A stretch of 64,000 nt of DNA, taken from positions 128,001 to 192,000 of the forward strand of contig JBBILD010000006.1 of the NCBI GenBank assembly GCA_037445065.1, written 5' to 3'. The position numbers were made by a program, and so were the translations under genes. Source of the stretch: Myxococcales bacterium (GTDB lineage Bacteria; Desulfobacterota; Binatia; HRBIN30). This document shows, piece after piece, positions 50,681-60,259 of the stretch. Numbering within the stretch: position 1 is the first letter of the stretch; every line of letters begins with the position of its first letter. The notes under the pieces are model-generated. The model was not told the DNA's origin and ran no database searches. It saw nothing but the letters and a program-made list of their open reading frames with translations.

Positions 50681-51032
50681 AATTGCCAGACTCGCTCCCA
50701 TGCCGCGCCTCTCGACTCACCCTGTACGTTGCGAAGCAGCGTGAACCTCTTCTCGGGCCCCCGCATAGGCCCGAGAAGAAGCGCAGCCCGCAGATCGCGG
50801 AAAACCCAGTGTCGGCGCGCACGGGCGCGCTCGTCGGTACAGTTGCCTCCCGCTGTCAAGGGCGCCCGGAGCCACGGCGTTATCGCGCCTTCGCTGGCAC
50901 GCCCAAACAGCGCCGACGGGCCAGGCAAGGGAAGCGCATGCAGTTCTGGCTTTGGACAGCCCTCCGAACTGAGTTGCGTGCGCTCCCGTGCAACGCGGAA
51001 ACCGTCTCGCTTGTTGCGGACCGCACATTGCG

Positions 51033-51671
51033 TCATGGTGCGAGATGGACACCGCGCGCCAGTGAGGGCGGCAATTCGCTGAGGTGGGCTGGTTCGTCAA
51101 TGTCAGTGAGCGCTGGAAACTCCTTCCAAAGCCACCCAATCTCGCGTAGGCGTGCCCTGGTTTGTGCCGCTACAGACGAAGTACTCCACGCGATGTCGGA
51201 AAACAGCCGCGGGTGGAAGTGGCGGGCGCCGAGAAGCACGTAGCCGCCGTCAGTACTAGGAACCAGCACCGCGTCGTGGCGCGTCAGCGCCTGCCCACAA
51301 GCCCTGAGGACGGAGCGTTCTAGGGCAGGACAATCGGTTCCAAGAAGCAGCACCGCATTCCCCAACGCTGCCGATCGTTCCGCAGCCCGAGCAAGGCGCC
51401 GACCTAGATCTCCAGCGCCTTGGTCTGTCCAACGGGTAACGCGAGCAGCGAGTCGCTTACGCCATGCCGTCCACACCGGATTCTCTGGCTCGGGAGTAAC
51501 GCAGAGTTCTACTTCGCCGATACCCGAACGGCACGCTTCTCGAACCGTGTAGAGGAGCATGCGGCGGGCGAGAAGCGCGGCGCCTACTTCTCCGAGCGCG
51601 GGGATGAGCCGCGTTTTTACGAACCCGGGAACGGGTGCCTTTGCGAACACCACAAGGCGCAAGCCCTTCAC
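51033..51671 (-). CDS. TIGR04282/DUF2064-type glycosyltransferase-like protein
   Basis: FAKAPVPGFVKTRL, QGAGDLG.R, GTDCP, DGGYVL, WST, DIDEP; GTGA overlap with the upstream gene. Confidence 0.88.
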   Translation of the reverse strand: MKGLRLVVFAKAPVPGFVKTRLIPALGEVGAALLARRMLLYTVREACRSGIGEVELCVTPEPENPVWTAWRKRLAARVTRWTDQGAGDLGRRLARAAERSAALGNAVLLLGTDCPALERSVLRACGQALTRHDAVLVPSTDGGYVLLGARHFHPRLFSDIAWSTSSVAAQTRARLREIGWLWKEFPALTDIDEPAHLSELPPSLARGVHLAP

Positions 51672-52342
51672 GGGTAGGCCCTCGCCAAATCTTCCGCAGG
51701 GACGCCGAGCCAATACAAGCAGCGAAGCCGCCACATGAGAAGGATCGTTCTCCATACCCCGTACGTTTCCCACCGGCGCCCAGAAGTGGTTACGCGCGAG
51801 CCCACGCAAGCCGGGCGGCCGAGCTGCTTCAGCGCACGGGACAGCCAGATGTCTTCCATCAACGGTTGGTCGGGATAGCCCCCGACTTTCCAGAAAACGT
51901 CGCGGCGGACGAAAATGGCTTGGTCTCCGGTGGCAATCCCACTGAGTCGGGAGCGCAGGTTCATCAGCGCGGCAATCACTGGGAACCAGCGGCTTCGACC
52001 TTCGATGCGTACGTCGAAGCGGCCCCAAAGGACCTGGGGGCGGGAGAGTGCTCGAGCGATTTGGTAGCACGCGTCGGGAGGCAGCCGCGTATCCGCATGC
52101 AGAAAGACGAGTGCCTCGCCGGTAGCCACGCTCGCACCTGCGTTCATTTGCCTTGCTCTTCCCCGCGGGGCGCACAAGACCCGGAAACCAAGGGCACGCG
52201 CAAAGGCGACCGATCCGTCTTGACTGCCGCCGTCTACAATCAGCACCTCGCACCCAGCCCGGCGCAGTGGCAGCAAGTGCTGCAACAACGAGGGGAGCTG
52301 CGTCATTTCGTTGAGCATCGGAACGATGAGGGAGATTTTCAT
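51668..52342 (-). CDS. TIGR04283-type GT2 glycosyltransferase
   Basis: SLIVPMLNE, VDGGSQD, GRARQMNAGA, FLHADTRLP, GDQAIF, PLMED, TSGRRW. Confidence 0.9.
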   Translation of the reverse strand: MKISLIVPMLNEMTQLPSLLQHLLPLRRAGCEVLIVDGGSQDGSVAFARALGFRVLCAPRGRARQMNAGASVATGEALVFLHADTRLPPDACYQIARALSRPQVLWGRFDVRIEGRSRWFPVIAALMNLRSRLSGIATGDQAIFVRRDVFWKVGGYPDQPLMEDIWLSRALKQLGRPACVGSRVTTSGRRWETYGVWRTILLMWRLRCLYWLGVPAEDLARAYP

Positions 52343-53262
52343 CGTCTGCTTGCTACAGAGTCGTTCAGACTCCAATCGTAGTCTCCGAAGCGGATGGGGA
52401 TGCGGCCAGCCCGCAACGCCGTTTCTCGTTCAGGGGACAGCTCGAGTTCGCGTGCGTAGAGTGCCAGAAACTCCGCGAGCGAAGTCGCACCGCGGAAGCC
52501 CTGCTCGAAGTCGCCGCGATACCAGTGGAAGATCGGAGACACTTCCAAGTACGTCCCCACCAGCCGATTCCGACCGCGATCTCCGAGAAATCGGCGCGCT
52601 TGATCCTCGAGCTGTGCATCGAGTTCACTTCCTGTGTACGCCTCGGGCCGCAATGCTGGACAGCCGACACTGGCGCAATTGAGGGCAAAGTGAACCCGTG
52701 GGTCTCGGTAGCGCCCTGAGCCGCGAATGAGTCCGTGTTCGATATCGTCCAGAGAGACCGTCTTGCTCAGCAAGCGAATGAACGGACGCTTCCAAGGCGA
52801 TTGGAAGAGGGACCCCAAGTCCTTGATGGACTTGAGCCCCGGGTATCGGCTCAAAACGAGTTGGATGGTGAAGGCATTGTAGGCGTTGATGAGGAACGCC
52901 AGTTGCTGGCTCGCGGGCCAGGTGTCAAAGGCGGCTTGTTGCACCGCCGATAGGTTGGCCAAATAGGCATCCAGCGCTGCTTGATTTCTCTTGAATCCCG
53001 CGTAGTCCACAGTACTCGCGTGCCCTTCGTACACCCAACGCACGTGTTGTTTGAGGAGCGTGTCCCAGGAGCTGTGGTCCGCGAACGCGAAAACAGGCCA
53101 GGCCGGGAACAGTCCGAGCAAGAGGAAGGAAAAGCAGGCTAGGAGGTTCCGGTGGCAGGTCGCGCCGCGCTGGGGCGTGCTCGCGGAAGGCCGCGGAGAC
53201 TCGGCCGCTCTCCCTTTTCCGGTGGCAAACAGGGCTGCCATCGCTCTCTGGACTAGGGCCAT
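52339..53262 (-). CDS. DUF547 domain secreted protein (start uncertain)
   Basis: VDYAG, LAFLINAYNA, SIKDLG, LDDIEH, PRVHFALNCASVGCP.L, SPIF.WY, YDWSLN. Confidence 0.9.
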   Translation of the reverse strand: MALVQRAMAALFATGKGRAAESPRPSASTPQRGATCHRNLLACFSFLLLGLFPAWPVFAFADHSSWDTLLKQHVRWVYEGHASTVDYAGFKRNQAALDAYLANLSAVQQAAFDTWPASQQLAFLINAYNAFTIQLVLSRYPGLKSIKDLGSLFQSPWKRPFIRLLSKTVSLDDIEHGLIRGSGRYRDPRVHFALNCASVGCPALRPEAYTGSELDAQLEDQARRFLGDRGRNRLVGTYLEVSPIFHWYRGDFEQGFRGATSLAEFLALYARELELSPERETALRAGRIPIRFGDYDWSLNDSVASRR

Positions 53263-54248
53263 GACGGCCGAGCCTCCGCTCCTGCCGAGGTTTGCAGGGC
53301 GCCACCGCAACTACTGCCCTGGCCCGCAGTGCAGCCGTAGCAATGGTCGGCAACCCGAATCGGCGAACCGGCAGGATCCCACTCGAGCAAGTCGCGCAAG
53401 TGGGCGGGCCGCAGCTGGCGGTTGAGCGGCAAGCGAAGCTGCTGGTTGAAGTCGCAATCGTACAGGTAGCCCTGCCAGTCCACACTCACGAGGGAACGGC
53501 ACATGACCTGGTCTGTGTTGCCCGCCCGGAAGTGCTCCTTGAGCAATCGCAGGTAGTTGTGAAACTCGCCGCGCGAAAGCAGCCACGAGCCGAAACGCTG
53601 AATCGGCATGTTGGTTAGAACGAAGAGGTGGTGGAAAACGATGCCGAAGCGCTCGCGTAGCTCCTGCTTGTACGCCGCTTCGAGGGACGTTTGGTTCGGC
53701 GGTAGGCTGGGGCCGAGCGGATTGTATACGAGATGAAGCCGCAGGGGGGAGTCCTCTTGGCCGTAGCCAAGGGCGTTCAGCTTCCGTAATGCCGCAATGC
53801 TCTTTTCGAAAACACCCTTGCCGCGCTGGCGATCTACGTTGTCGGCGGAGTAGCAGGGCAGAGATGCGACCACCTCCACTGAGTGGTCGCGCAGAAACTC
53901 AGCCAGGTCTTCCTCGCCTGGCTCGAACAGGACCGTAAGGTTGCAACGGTCGATGACGCGCACCCCGAGACCATGCGCGGCACGCACAAGATCCCGGAAC
54001 CCTGGATGCAATTCCGGAGCCCCGCCGGTAAGGTCGAGGGCGGAGATCCGCCGCGCTGCGAGCACTTTTGGGATCAGCGCCAAGATGTCTGCTTGCATCA
54101 TCTCTGTGCGGTACGGCCCGGCGTTGACATGGCAGTGCATGCACGATTGGTTGCAGCGGTAGCCCAGGTTCACCTGCAGCGTGTTTACGGGCCCGCGCTT
54201 CAGTGCGGGGAAATCTGTGGGCTCGAGTAGTGGCAAAACGGTCTGCAT
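53253..54248 (-). CDS. arsS: Arsenosugar biosynthesis radical SAM protein (Cys form)
   Basis: LQVNLGYRCNQSCMHCHV, DLTGGAPE, IDRCNL, ASLPCY, LVYNP, MCR, YDCDFNQ, HCYGCTAGQGSSCGG. Confidence 0.93.
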   Translation of the reverse strand: MQTVLPLLEPTDFPALKRGPVNTLQVNLGYRCNQSCMHCHVNAGPYRTEMMQADILALIPKVLAARRISALDLTGGAPELHPGFRDLVRAAHGLGVRVIDRCNLTVLFEPGEEDLAEFLRDHSVEVVASLPCYSADNVDRQRGKGVFEKSIAALRKLNALGYGQEDSPLRLHLVYNPLGPSLPPNQTSLEAAYKQELRERFGIVFHHLFVLTNMPIQRFGSWLLSRGEFHNYLRLLKEHFRAGNTDQVMCRSLVSVDWQGYLYDCDFNQQLRLPLNRQLRPAHLRDLLEWDPAGSPIRVADHCYGCTAGQGSSCGGALQTSAGAEARPSWP

Positions 54249-54320
54249 CTTTTTTCCTCTCGAAACAAAGAACGGAATGTTTCATCCCTTGAGATCGTTG
54301 ACGGGTGCGGCGTTGCTATG

Positions 54321-54346
54321 GTCGTTCCCCTCCATCGCTCTCTTAC
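54321..54346 (-). promoter_or_regulatory. Putative ECF sigma promoter (arsS unit)
   Basis: GTAAGA-N16-CGAC(CAT) on the minus strand. Confidence 0.7.
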
Positions 54347-54380
54347 GGTCGAGGTGGCGGGCAGGATGAGATTCGCGCCC

Positions 54381-54406
54381 GTAAGAAACGGAGAGCCTGG
54401 CCCGAC
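54381..54406 (+). promoter_or_regulatory. Putative ECF sigma promoter (CMD gene)
   Basis: GTAAGA-N16-CGAC(GAA), back-to-back with the arsS copy. Confidence 0.7.
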
Positions 54407-54500
54407 GAACGGGGCCAGAGCTGCTGCGACCTACGCCTGCGTTCGGACAACTGCACAGGGGGATCGCGCGAGCGTTCGATTCGAAAGGAGGAGAATGACC

Positions 54501-55082
54501 ATGGAAAGAAAGTCCGCTCTCCTGGATCTTGTCCCGTATTCAGCCGAATCGGCACCGGAGAAAGCTAAGGAGCTAATGGAAAGGATTCGCGCCAAGTATG
54601 GATTCGTTCCGAACGTGTATGCGGGGATGGCTCATTCCCCTGGCCTCCTCGAGACGTACCTAGTCGGGTACGAGCAGTTCCGGGAGAAGAGTGGGTTGAA
54701 CCCAATTGAGCAAGAGGTCGTTTTCCTCACCATCAGCCGCTTCCACCGATGCCACTATTGCATGGCCGCGCACAGTCTGGTGGCCGATTTGGTGGCGAAA
54801 ATGCCGACTGACGTCCTGGATGCTGTTCGCAAAGGCAGGAGCATTCCTGACCCCAAGCTCGCCGTGCTAGCCTCTTTCACCCACGCCATGGTGGAAACCC
54901 GGGGAATGCCAACGCCCGAGCAGGTGCAGGAATTTCGCGCTGCAGGGTACACCGACCGGCACGCGCTCGAAATCATTCTGGCGTTGGCCCTCAAGACCAT
55001 GAGCAACTTCTCGAATCACCTGCTGCAACCGGAGCTGGAGCCGGCTTTCCGAGCCTATGCGTGGGCGGAAGACCCTAGCTGA
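54501..55082 (+). CDS. Carboxymuconolactone decarboxylase / AhpD-like peroxidase
   Basis: YGFVPNVY..MAHSP, EQEVV.L.IS....CHYCMAAH, KT.SN..NH; AAGGAGGAG RBS. Confidence 0.9.
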   Translation: MERKSALLDLVPYSAESAPEKAKELMERIRAKYGFVPNVYAGMAHSPGLLETYLVGYEQFREKSGLNPIEQEVVFLTISRFHRCHYCMAAHSLVADLVAKMPTDVLDAVRKGRSIPDPKLAVLASFTHAMVETRGMPTPEQVQEFRAAGYTDRHALEIILALALKTMSNFSNHLLQPELEPAFRAYAWAEDPS

Positions 55083-55303
55083 GTCTTATAAGGGTCCCGA
55101 TTTGGCCCGGCGCATTGACGAGCGCTGGCTTGTTCGGCCACAGGGCCTGCGGCGCTGATTTCTAGGCTGCGGCACGGCTTTTCTCGGCCCGCAGGCTGGG
55201 CCATCACTACTGAGTGCACTGCCAGCAGTGCTCGCAACTGGAGCCGGGCGCAAGTCGCGCTCGGCCTGGAGAATCAGGAGTCACGACCCGGAGCGTCCCG
55301 GCT

Positions 55304-55504
55304 TCATTTCGCGCCAGGCATGTTCGGGCGATCCGTGCTGACGTATCGGCGGATCGCTTGTCGTAGTAAGAGGAACTGCTTGCGGGCATTGCGGCAACCG
55401 GAACACATCATTGCATGGAACATTAGAGCGACCCTTTCCCGCCAACTCAGCGAACGCTCCTGCGCCTCGCTCATCAAGCGAGTGGCTTCACGGCAGCTCA
55501 ACAT
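55304..55504 (-). CDS. zf-HC2 zinc-finger anti-sigma factor
   Basis: MLSCREATRLMSE..ER.L...ER..L..HAMMCSGC (HxxxCxxC); overlaps the sigma stop codon. Confidence 0.88.
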   Translation of the reverse strand: MLSCREATRLMSEAQERSLSWRERVALMFHAMMCSGCRNARKQFLLLRQAIRRYVSTDRPNMPGAK

Positions 55505-56160
55505 GGTTTGCCTCCCGAGAACCAGCGGTTCTCGAGGCACTCCCGCAAGCGCAGGCGCGCCCGGTGCAACATGACGTTCAAGTTCGTTGCCGTAATCCCT
55601 AGGCTGGTACAGATCTCGTGGCTTTCGAGTCCTAAAAACTCCCGCATCATGAAGACCCGTGCCTGGCGCGCGGGCAGATGCTCTAAGCACGCTTCGAAGA
55701 CTTGCCAGAACTGTGCGTTTTGAAACGCATCTTCTGGGTCTTGCCAGGTACGAGGGCGTTCTTGAGCGAGCCAAAAGCCCTGCTGATCGAACCACTCCCC
55801 TTCTTCCTCCTCGTCCTCCCGCAGCAATTGGCTGGCCTCAACCAGTCGCTGGCGCCGGCGCAGCTCGTCCGCGACTTTGTTTTTGAGGATTGCAAACACC
55901 CACGTCTTGAATGCCGAGCGGCCGGCAAAGGTGCTCGCGTTTTTCATTGCACCAGCGAGTGCCTCCTGAACGGCGTCCTCGGCTGCCTGGGGATCGGACA
56001 GTTGCAGGGTGGCGAACTTAAGCATTTGCCGGCGCAACTCACCGAGAAACCCCTCGTCGAGCGCCGCCACACTGGTTGCGCGAGCACTGCCTAGCGAAGG
56101 TGGCGTCCGCGTCTCATTCATTGGTTGTCCGTCGTTCTGTTCGGCCAGAGTGTCTTTCAC
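55498..56160 (-). CDS. ECF RNA polymerase sigma factor (TIGR02943-like)
   Basis: AEDAVQE, FAGRSAFKTWVFAILKNK, FEACLEHLP, VF.MRE, EIC, V.LHRARLRLRECLE..WF. Confidence 0.92.
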   Translation of the reverse strand: MKDTLAEQNDGQPMNETRTPPSLGSARATSVAALDEGFLGELRRQMLKFATLQLSDPQAAEDAVQEALAGAMKNASTFAGRSAFKTWVFAILKNKVADELRRRQRLVEASQLLREDEEEEGEWFDQQGFWLAQERPRTWQDPEDAFQNAQFWQVFEACLEHLPARQARVFMMREFLGLESHEICTSLGITATNLNVMLHRARLRLRECLENRWFSGGKPC

Positions 56161-57318
56161 GCACGGGGGCAGGGAAAAGCTGGAAGTAAACTACCGAAGG
56201 AGAAACGAGCAATAAAGCTCCTGTCCAGCGTTTCCTTCCACTTCCAGGCCAAGCGGCCTTCAAAATGCAAAGGACCCCACGCCGCGACGGCATAGCCAGG
56301 CCCGCAGCTCAGCAGAGATAGGGTCCATGCGCGCGGCTGGACCATTCGCAACGGTTCACCGCATAAAGCCGCCCGGAGGTTGTGGGCAAGGAACGACCCC
56401 GTGCGTGCAGCGTGGATGTCCGCGCCCGGCAACCTACCACCGGCGGGCGTGCACGTCTCTCCAACGCAGAAGACGTTGGGATGCGAGACGCTGCGGTGCG
56501 AACTGTCCACGAGTACGAACCCCGCCGGGTCGAGGTCCAACCCCGATTGCCGCAGCCAGTGCGGAGGGCGCACATTCGTGGCTGCAAGAACAGTATCTGC
56601 CGCCAAGTGCCTACCGCTGCCGAGGAACACGCCGGCGGAACTGCCCACCGCGTCCTCTCGGATCCACTTGATTCCAGCCGTGCGCAACAACCGTTGGATA
56701 CGGCGGCGCACGCCCTCCGGGTAGCCAGACAACAATCCTGCCTCACCGCTAATGAGCACAGTCTCGACCCCGAACGGTCCCAGTTTCTTCTGTGCGGCGA
56801 AGGCGAGTTCGACTGCATGACGTCCCTCGCCGATCACTACGATGCGAGAAAGCGTGCCTCGCTGTGCTCTGGTGACAAGCTGCTGCCAACCCGCGCAAAA
56901 GTCGGTTGAAGGACGGAGTGCTAGCAGGCGGTTTCCGCAGGCAGCGAGGCTCGAGACATCCGTTTCCCCTTCGAGTTCGAGCGAGACCACCCCGTAGGCA
57001 AGTGTGGCGCCGCTCACGAACCGGGCTCGAGACTGCCGTGCGTCAATCGCTGCGATTCGGTCTTCGATGAAGCGGATCCTTGCCCGAGCGCATAGGGCCC
57101 GCAAATCGATCCGCCATTCTTCTTCCCGATAGTACCCGCCCATCCACTCAGGCAGCATCCCAACGGGAAACGAATACCGCGTGGGAGCCACGAGTATCAC
57201 TTCCCCTGCATCGAGCGGCGTGCGGGCGAGCTGCTCGAGGACGAAGAGGTGGGCCTGCCCCCCCACCGGCCAGGAGTAGCCGTCGCCTGCCATTGTGGGT
57301 GGATTGCAGCGCCTCCAT
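56157..57318 (-). pseudogene. FAD-dependent pyridine nucleotide-disulfide oxidoreductase (SelD N-terminal-like), +1 frameshift in a G7 run at 57258-57264
   Basis: MEALQSTHNGRRRLLLAGGG in one frame continues as QAHLFVLE in another; G6 would give a continuous 386-aa protein. Confidence 0.8.
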
Positions 57319-57412
57319 GGCTGACCGGCCCGCTCGCGGGCCGGCGCGCATTCCCGTACCTGGACAGTATGCCACAGGGTGATGCCCGTGGAATCTCATC
57401 TTGTCCGCGTTG

Positions 57413-57437
57413 GTCGGACTGGGCGCACGTTTCTTAC
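57413..57437 (-). promoter_or_regulatory. Putative autoregulatory ECF promoter (oxidoreductase-sigma-antisigma unit)
   Basis: GTAAGA-N15-CGAC(CAA). Confidence 0.65.
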
Positions 57438-57509
57438 CTGACGGGCAGCGTCGGTGGCATTTCCGCTGGACACGGATGTCTCCCGAGAAGGGCGATTCAT
57501 GCCAGATCT

Positions 57510-58868
57510 TCAGAGGACCAGTTTGTACGCGAGACCGAACGCGCCGCTCAGCGCAATAACTGGGATCACGCCGGCTTGCTGGCGAAAGAGCAAGTAGGTG
57601 GCGCCAAGGGCAATGCATGCTGAGGGCCAGTCGAAACGGCCGCTGAATCCATGTGGCCAAAGCACGTGGTAAGTCAGGAACAATGCCAAATACACGATCA
57701 CCCCGGTTACCGCCGCAGTAACTGCCTGTAGCGGCGCCGTGAGCGTCAGATTGCCGCGCGTGGATTCGACCATAGGGCCACCCGCGAGAATGAACAGAAA
57801 AGAGGGCAGAAAGGTAAACCACGTGGCCACTAGGGCGGCGAGTGCCCCTCCTGCAAAGGTGTACTCCGGGCCGAGGAGTGCCTGCCGGTAGCCGGCTACG
57901 AAGGCGACGAAGGCCACCACCATGATCAGTGGACCTGGAGTCGTTTCGCCGAGCGCTAAGCCGTCAATCATCTCTCCAGGAGTAAGCCAGCCGTAATGGT
58001 TCACAGCGGCTTGGTACACATAGGGAAGCACCGCGTACGCGCCCCCGAAGGTGAGCAAGGCGACCTTGGTAAAGAACCAAGTCATCTGCGTGAACATGCC
58101 ACGCCAGCCGTCCGTTGCGGCCAGCCACGCCATTGGCACCACCCAAAGCAACGCACCGGCCACCAGCACTCGGGCAAAGCTGCGCGCGCGAAAGCGGGTG
58201 TGTTCTGGTGGGGGCGTGTCCTCGTCGATCAGCGCGGGAGTAAATTGCGAGACGGCCCCATTTGTTTTTCCCAGCAATCGCTCAGGAGCCAAGCGCCAGG
58301 CCAAGTAGCCGACCACCGCCGCGCCGGTCAAAATCGCCGGGAACGGCACCTGGAGGGCGGAGATGGCCACGAAGGAGGCGGCCGAAATTGCCCAAAGCAA
58401 ATGGCTGCGAAGCGTACGCGTGCCAATGCGGTAAGCGGCGTGCGCGACGATCGCGGTGACCGCCGGTTTGAACCCGTAAAAGAGCCCGGCCACAGCGGGC
58501 TGGTTGCCGAACGCAACATAGAGCCACGCTAGTAGGGTCAGGAGGATCAGCGACGGCAGGACGAACAGGGCTCCAGCAGCAATTCCGCCCCACGTGCGAT
58601 GCAGTAACCAGCCAATGTAGGTGGCAAGCTGCTGGGCTTCCGGCCCGGGAAGCAGCATGCAGTAGTTCAGAGCGTGCAGAAAGCGAGGTTCGCTGATCCA
58701 ACGCCTCCGCTCGACGAGTTCGGCGTGCATGATCGCGATTTGGCCGGCTGGACCACCAAAGCTCACGAAACCAAGTTGGAGCCAGAACCGAAGCGCCTCC
58801 CGAAAGCTCACAGTCGCTGGTCGCGAGGTTGGTCCCTGGGAAGGGGGTTCCGTCGTCTGCGCTGTCAC
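57510..58868 (-). CDS. chrA: Long-chain chromate efflux transporter
   Basis: SFGGPAGQIA, LPGPEAQQLA; second half TFGGAYAVLPY, GETTPGPLI, TFLPSF. Confidence 0.95.
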   Translation of the reverse strand: MTAQTTEPPSQGPTSRPATVSFREALRFWLQLGFVSFGGPAGQIAIMHAELVERRRWISEPRFLHALNYCMLLPGPEAQQLATYIGWLLHRTWGGIAAGALFVLPSLILLTLLAWLYVAFGNQPAVAGLFYGFKPAVTAIVAHAAYRIGTRTLRSHLLWAISAASFVAISALQVPFPAILTGAAVVGYLAWRLAPERLLGKTNGAVSQFTPALIDEDTPPPEHTRFRARSFARVLVAGALLWVVPMAWLAATDGWRGMFTQMTWFFTKVALLTFGGAYAVLPYVYQAAVNHYGWLTPGEMIDGLALGETTPGPLIMVVAFVAFVAGYRQALLGPEYTFAGGALAALVATWFTFLPSFLFILAGGPMVESTRGNLTLTAPLQAVTAAVTGVIVYLALFLTYHVLWPHGFSGRFDWPSACIALGATYLLFRQQAGVIPVIALSGAFGLAYKLVL

Positions 58869-60259
58869 ACTAGGGCCCTTGCTCGAGGATCACCGTAGCT
58901 GTGCGCGCAGGTGCTTCCACTGCAGACAGGAACCGTTCCTGTTCCGAGGCAATCTTCCATCGTCGCTTGCAACTCCTGGTGCATTGCAGGTGAGCTGGGT
59001 GCGTCAGTTGCTGCGAAGGGACTCGGGGCTTCTGTTGTGGCCCTGGACAGTCGCCGTGCGGGCCAGCCTCCGCTGCCAGAAACTCGCTGCGGCTCCTGAG
59101 GCCACGAGTAAGAGCGGCCTTTTCTCCTCCGTTAGCCTATGTCGAGGGAGCGGTTCCCTGTTTGCCGGACCTCGTGCACGTCTCCCGTCAGCGCCTGGAT
59201 CGGATGCAAACAGCTCTGCTCGTCGGAAGAGAACGCCCCACCGGGGCACGCCGATCACGTTCTTGTTCGGACCGCTCCGGCGTGTAGGCCCTGTTCGAGG
59301 GCCTACGGGACTGGTGCGGGAGCCGGTAGAGCCTCCACGTCTCCCCGCTCTTGTGCTCCTCCCAGTTGCGAAGCTGCGGACATTGTGCTGCCGACTTGCT
59401 CGGCCACTCCTGCAAGTCTGGAAGCGCCTCTTGCCCAGCCCGTCTGTCGGCGAGCCAGAGCCGCCCGCTCACGTAGACAGCGTTCGTTTTGCGCGGCAGG
59501 TCGTCCACGGCTTTGCACAAACGAGTGCATGCTCCAACGCTGCCTGCGTGCCGCGGGCAGCACCTGAGAGGCAGTCGCGCCGAATTCGGGTGGCGGTCGC
59601 CCCTCCGCAGCTCTACCCCGCGAAGCTCCCGATCCTTGCGGCGCAACCACACAGCCTGCCAGCTTGGCTCGCAGTGGCGGCGCACCCACCTTCGCCGCGA
59701 CTGGCGGTTCCGTCGGCACACGTGCAAGCAGAAGAGCTGCCCTTACAACAATTGGCAGCCCCGGTAATTCAACGGAATCCGAACACCCACAGCACGGGGC
59801 CACGTGCCGCTGCTTGCACAGCGGGCGCGGGTACGAGATGCCATCCAGGTTGTGTAGGGGCGACCCTTGTGGTTACCGGAGGTGCCGTTGGCAGTGCTGT
59901 TCGAACGTGCCCGCGGCGTTTATGCGACCACGCGTTGCTGGCAGCATGGTGTCCCTTCGCCGCACTCCCCTGCCCCCCGAGGCATGCTGTCACCACTACC
60001 ACCAACAACGCTGAAATCGTTGCGCATGGCTCCCCGGGATTGGACCGCAGCGCCTACCCAGGAGCGCTTTCGGCGTGAGCGGCCGAGCGCACTCCTGGCG
60101 AGTGGGCAATGAGCTGGCCGATCGCCGGCGTTTGGGGACGCCGCTGGTGCGAGCACTTCGGTGCGGCCCAGGCTCGACCTCCGCGGCTTTGGTTCCGAAA
60201 CTTCGTTGCTTGAGTTGCGTGCTAAGGGGTGTAGCGTGCCGAGTCAGGCGAGGAGGGTT

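Noticed and set aside
50677..51036. 119-aa ORF between the glycosyltransferase and arsM
   Set aside because: No recognisable features, and it runs into the predicted promoter; left uncalled.
53253..54248. Selenocysteine in ArsS or neighbouring cluster genes
   Set aside because: ArsS reads through without an in-frame TGA (SSCGG uses TGC); ArsM ends TGT TGC TGA, consistent with a normal stop.
58962..58987. Fifth ECF motif upstream of chrA (GCAATG-N16-CGAC, minus strand)
   Set aside because: The -35 half deviates from the other four copies; too weak to call.
59331..59338. GCCTCCAC as an attR copy of the tmRNA 3' end
   Set aside because: Only 8 bp in GC-rich DNA, expected by chance; no integrase.
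58900..60250. Long overlapping ORFs such as 58729-60078 and 59188-59727
   Set aside because: No recognisable motifs; Arg/Pro/Ala-rich composition typical of spurious GC-rich frames.
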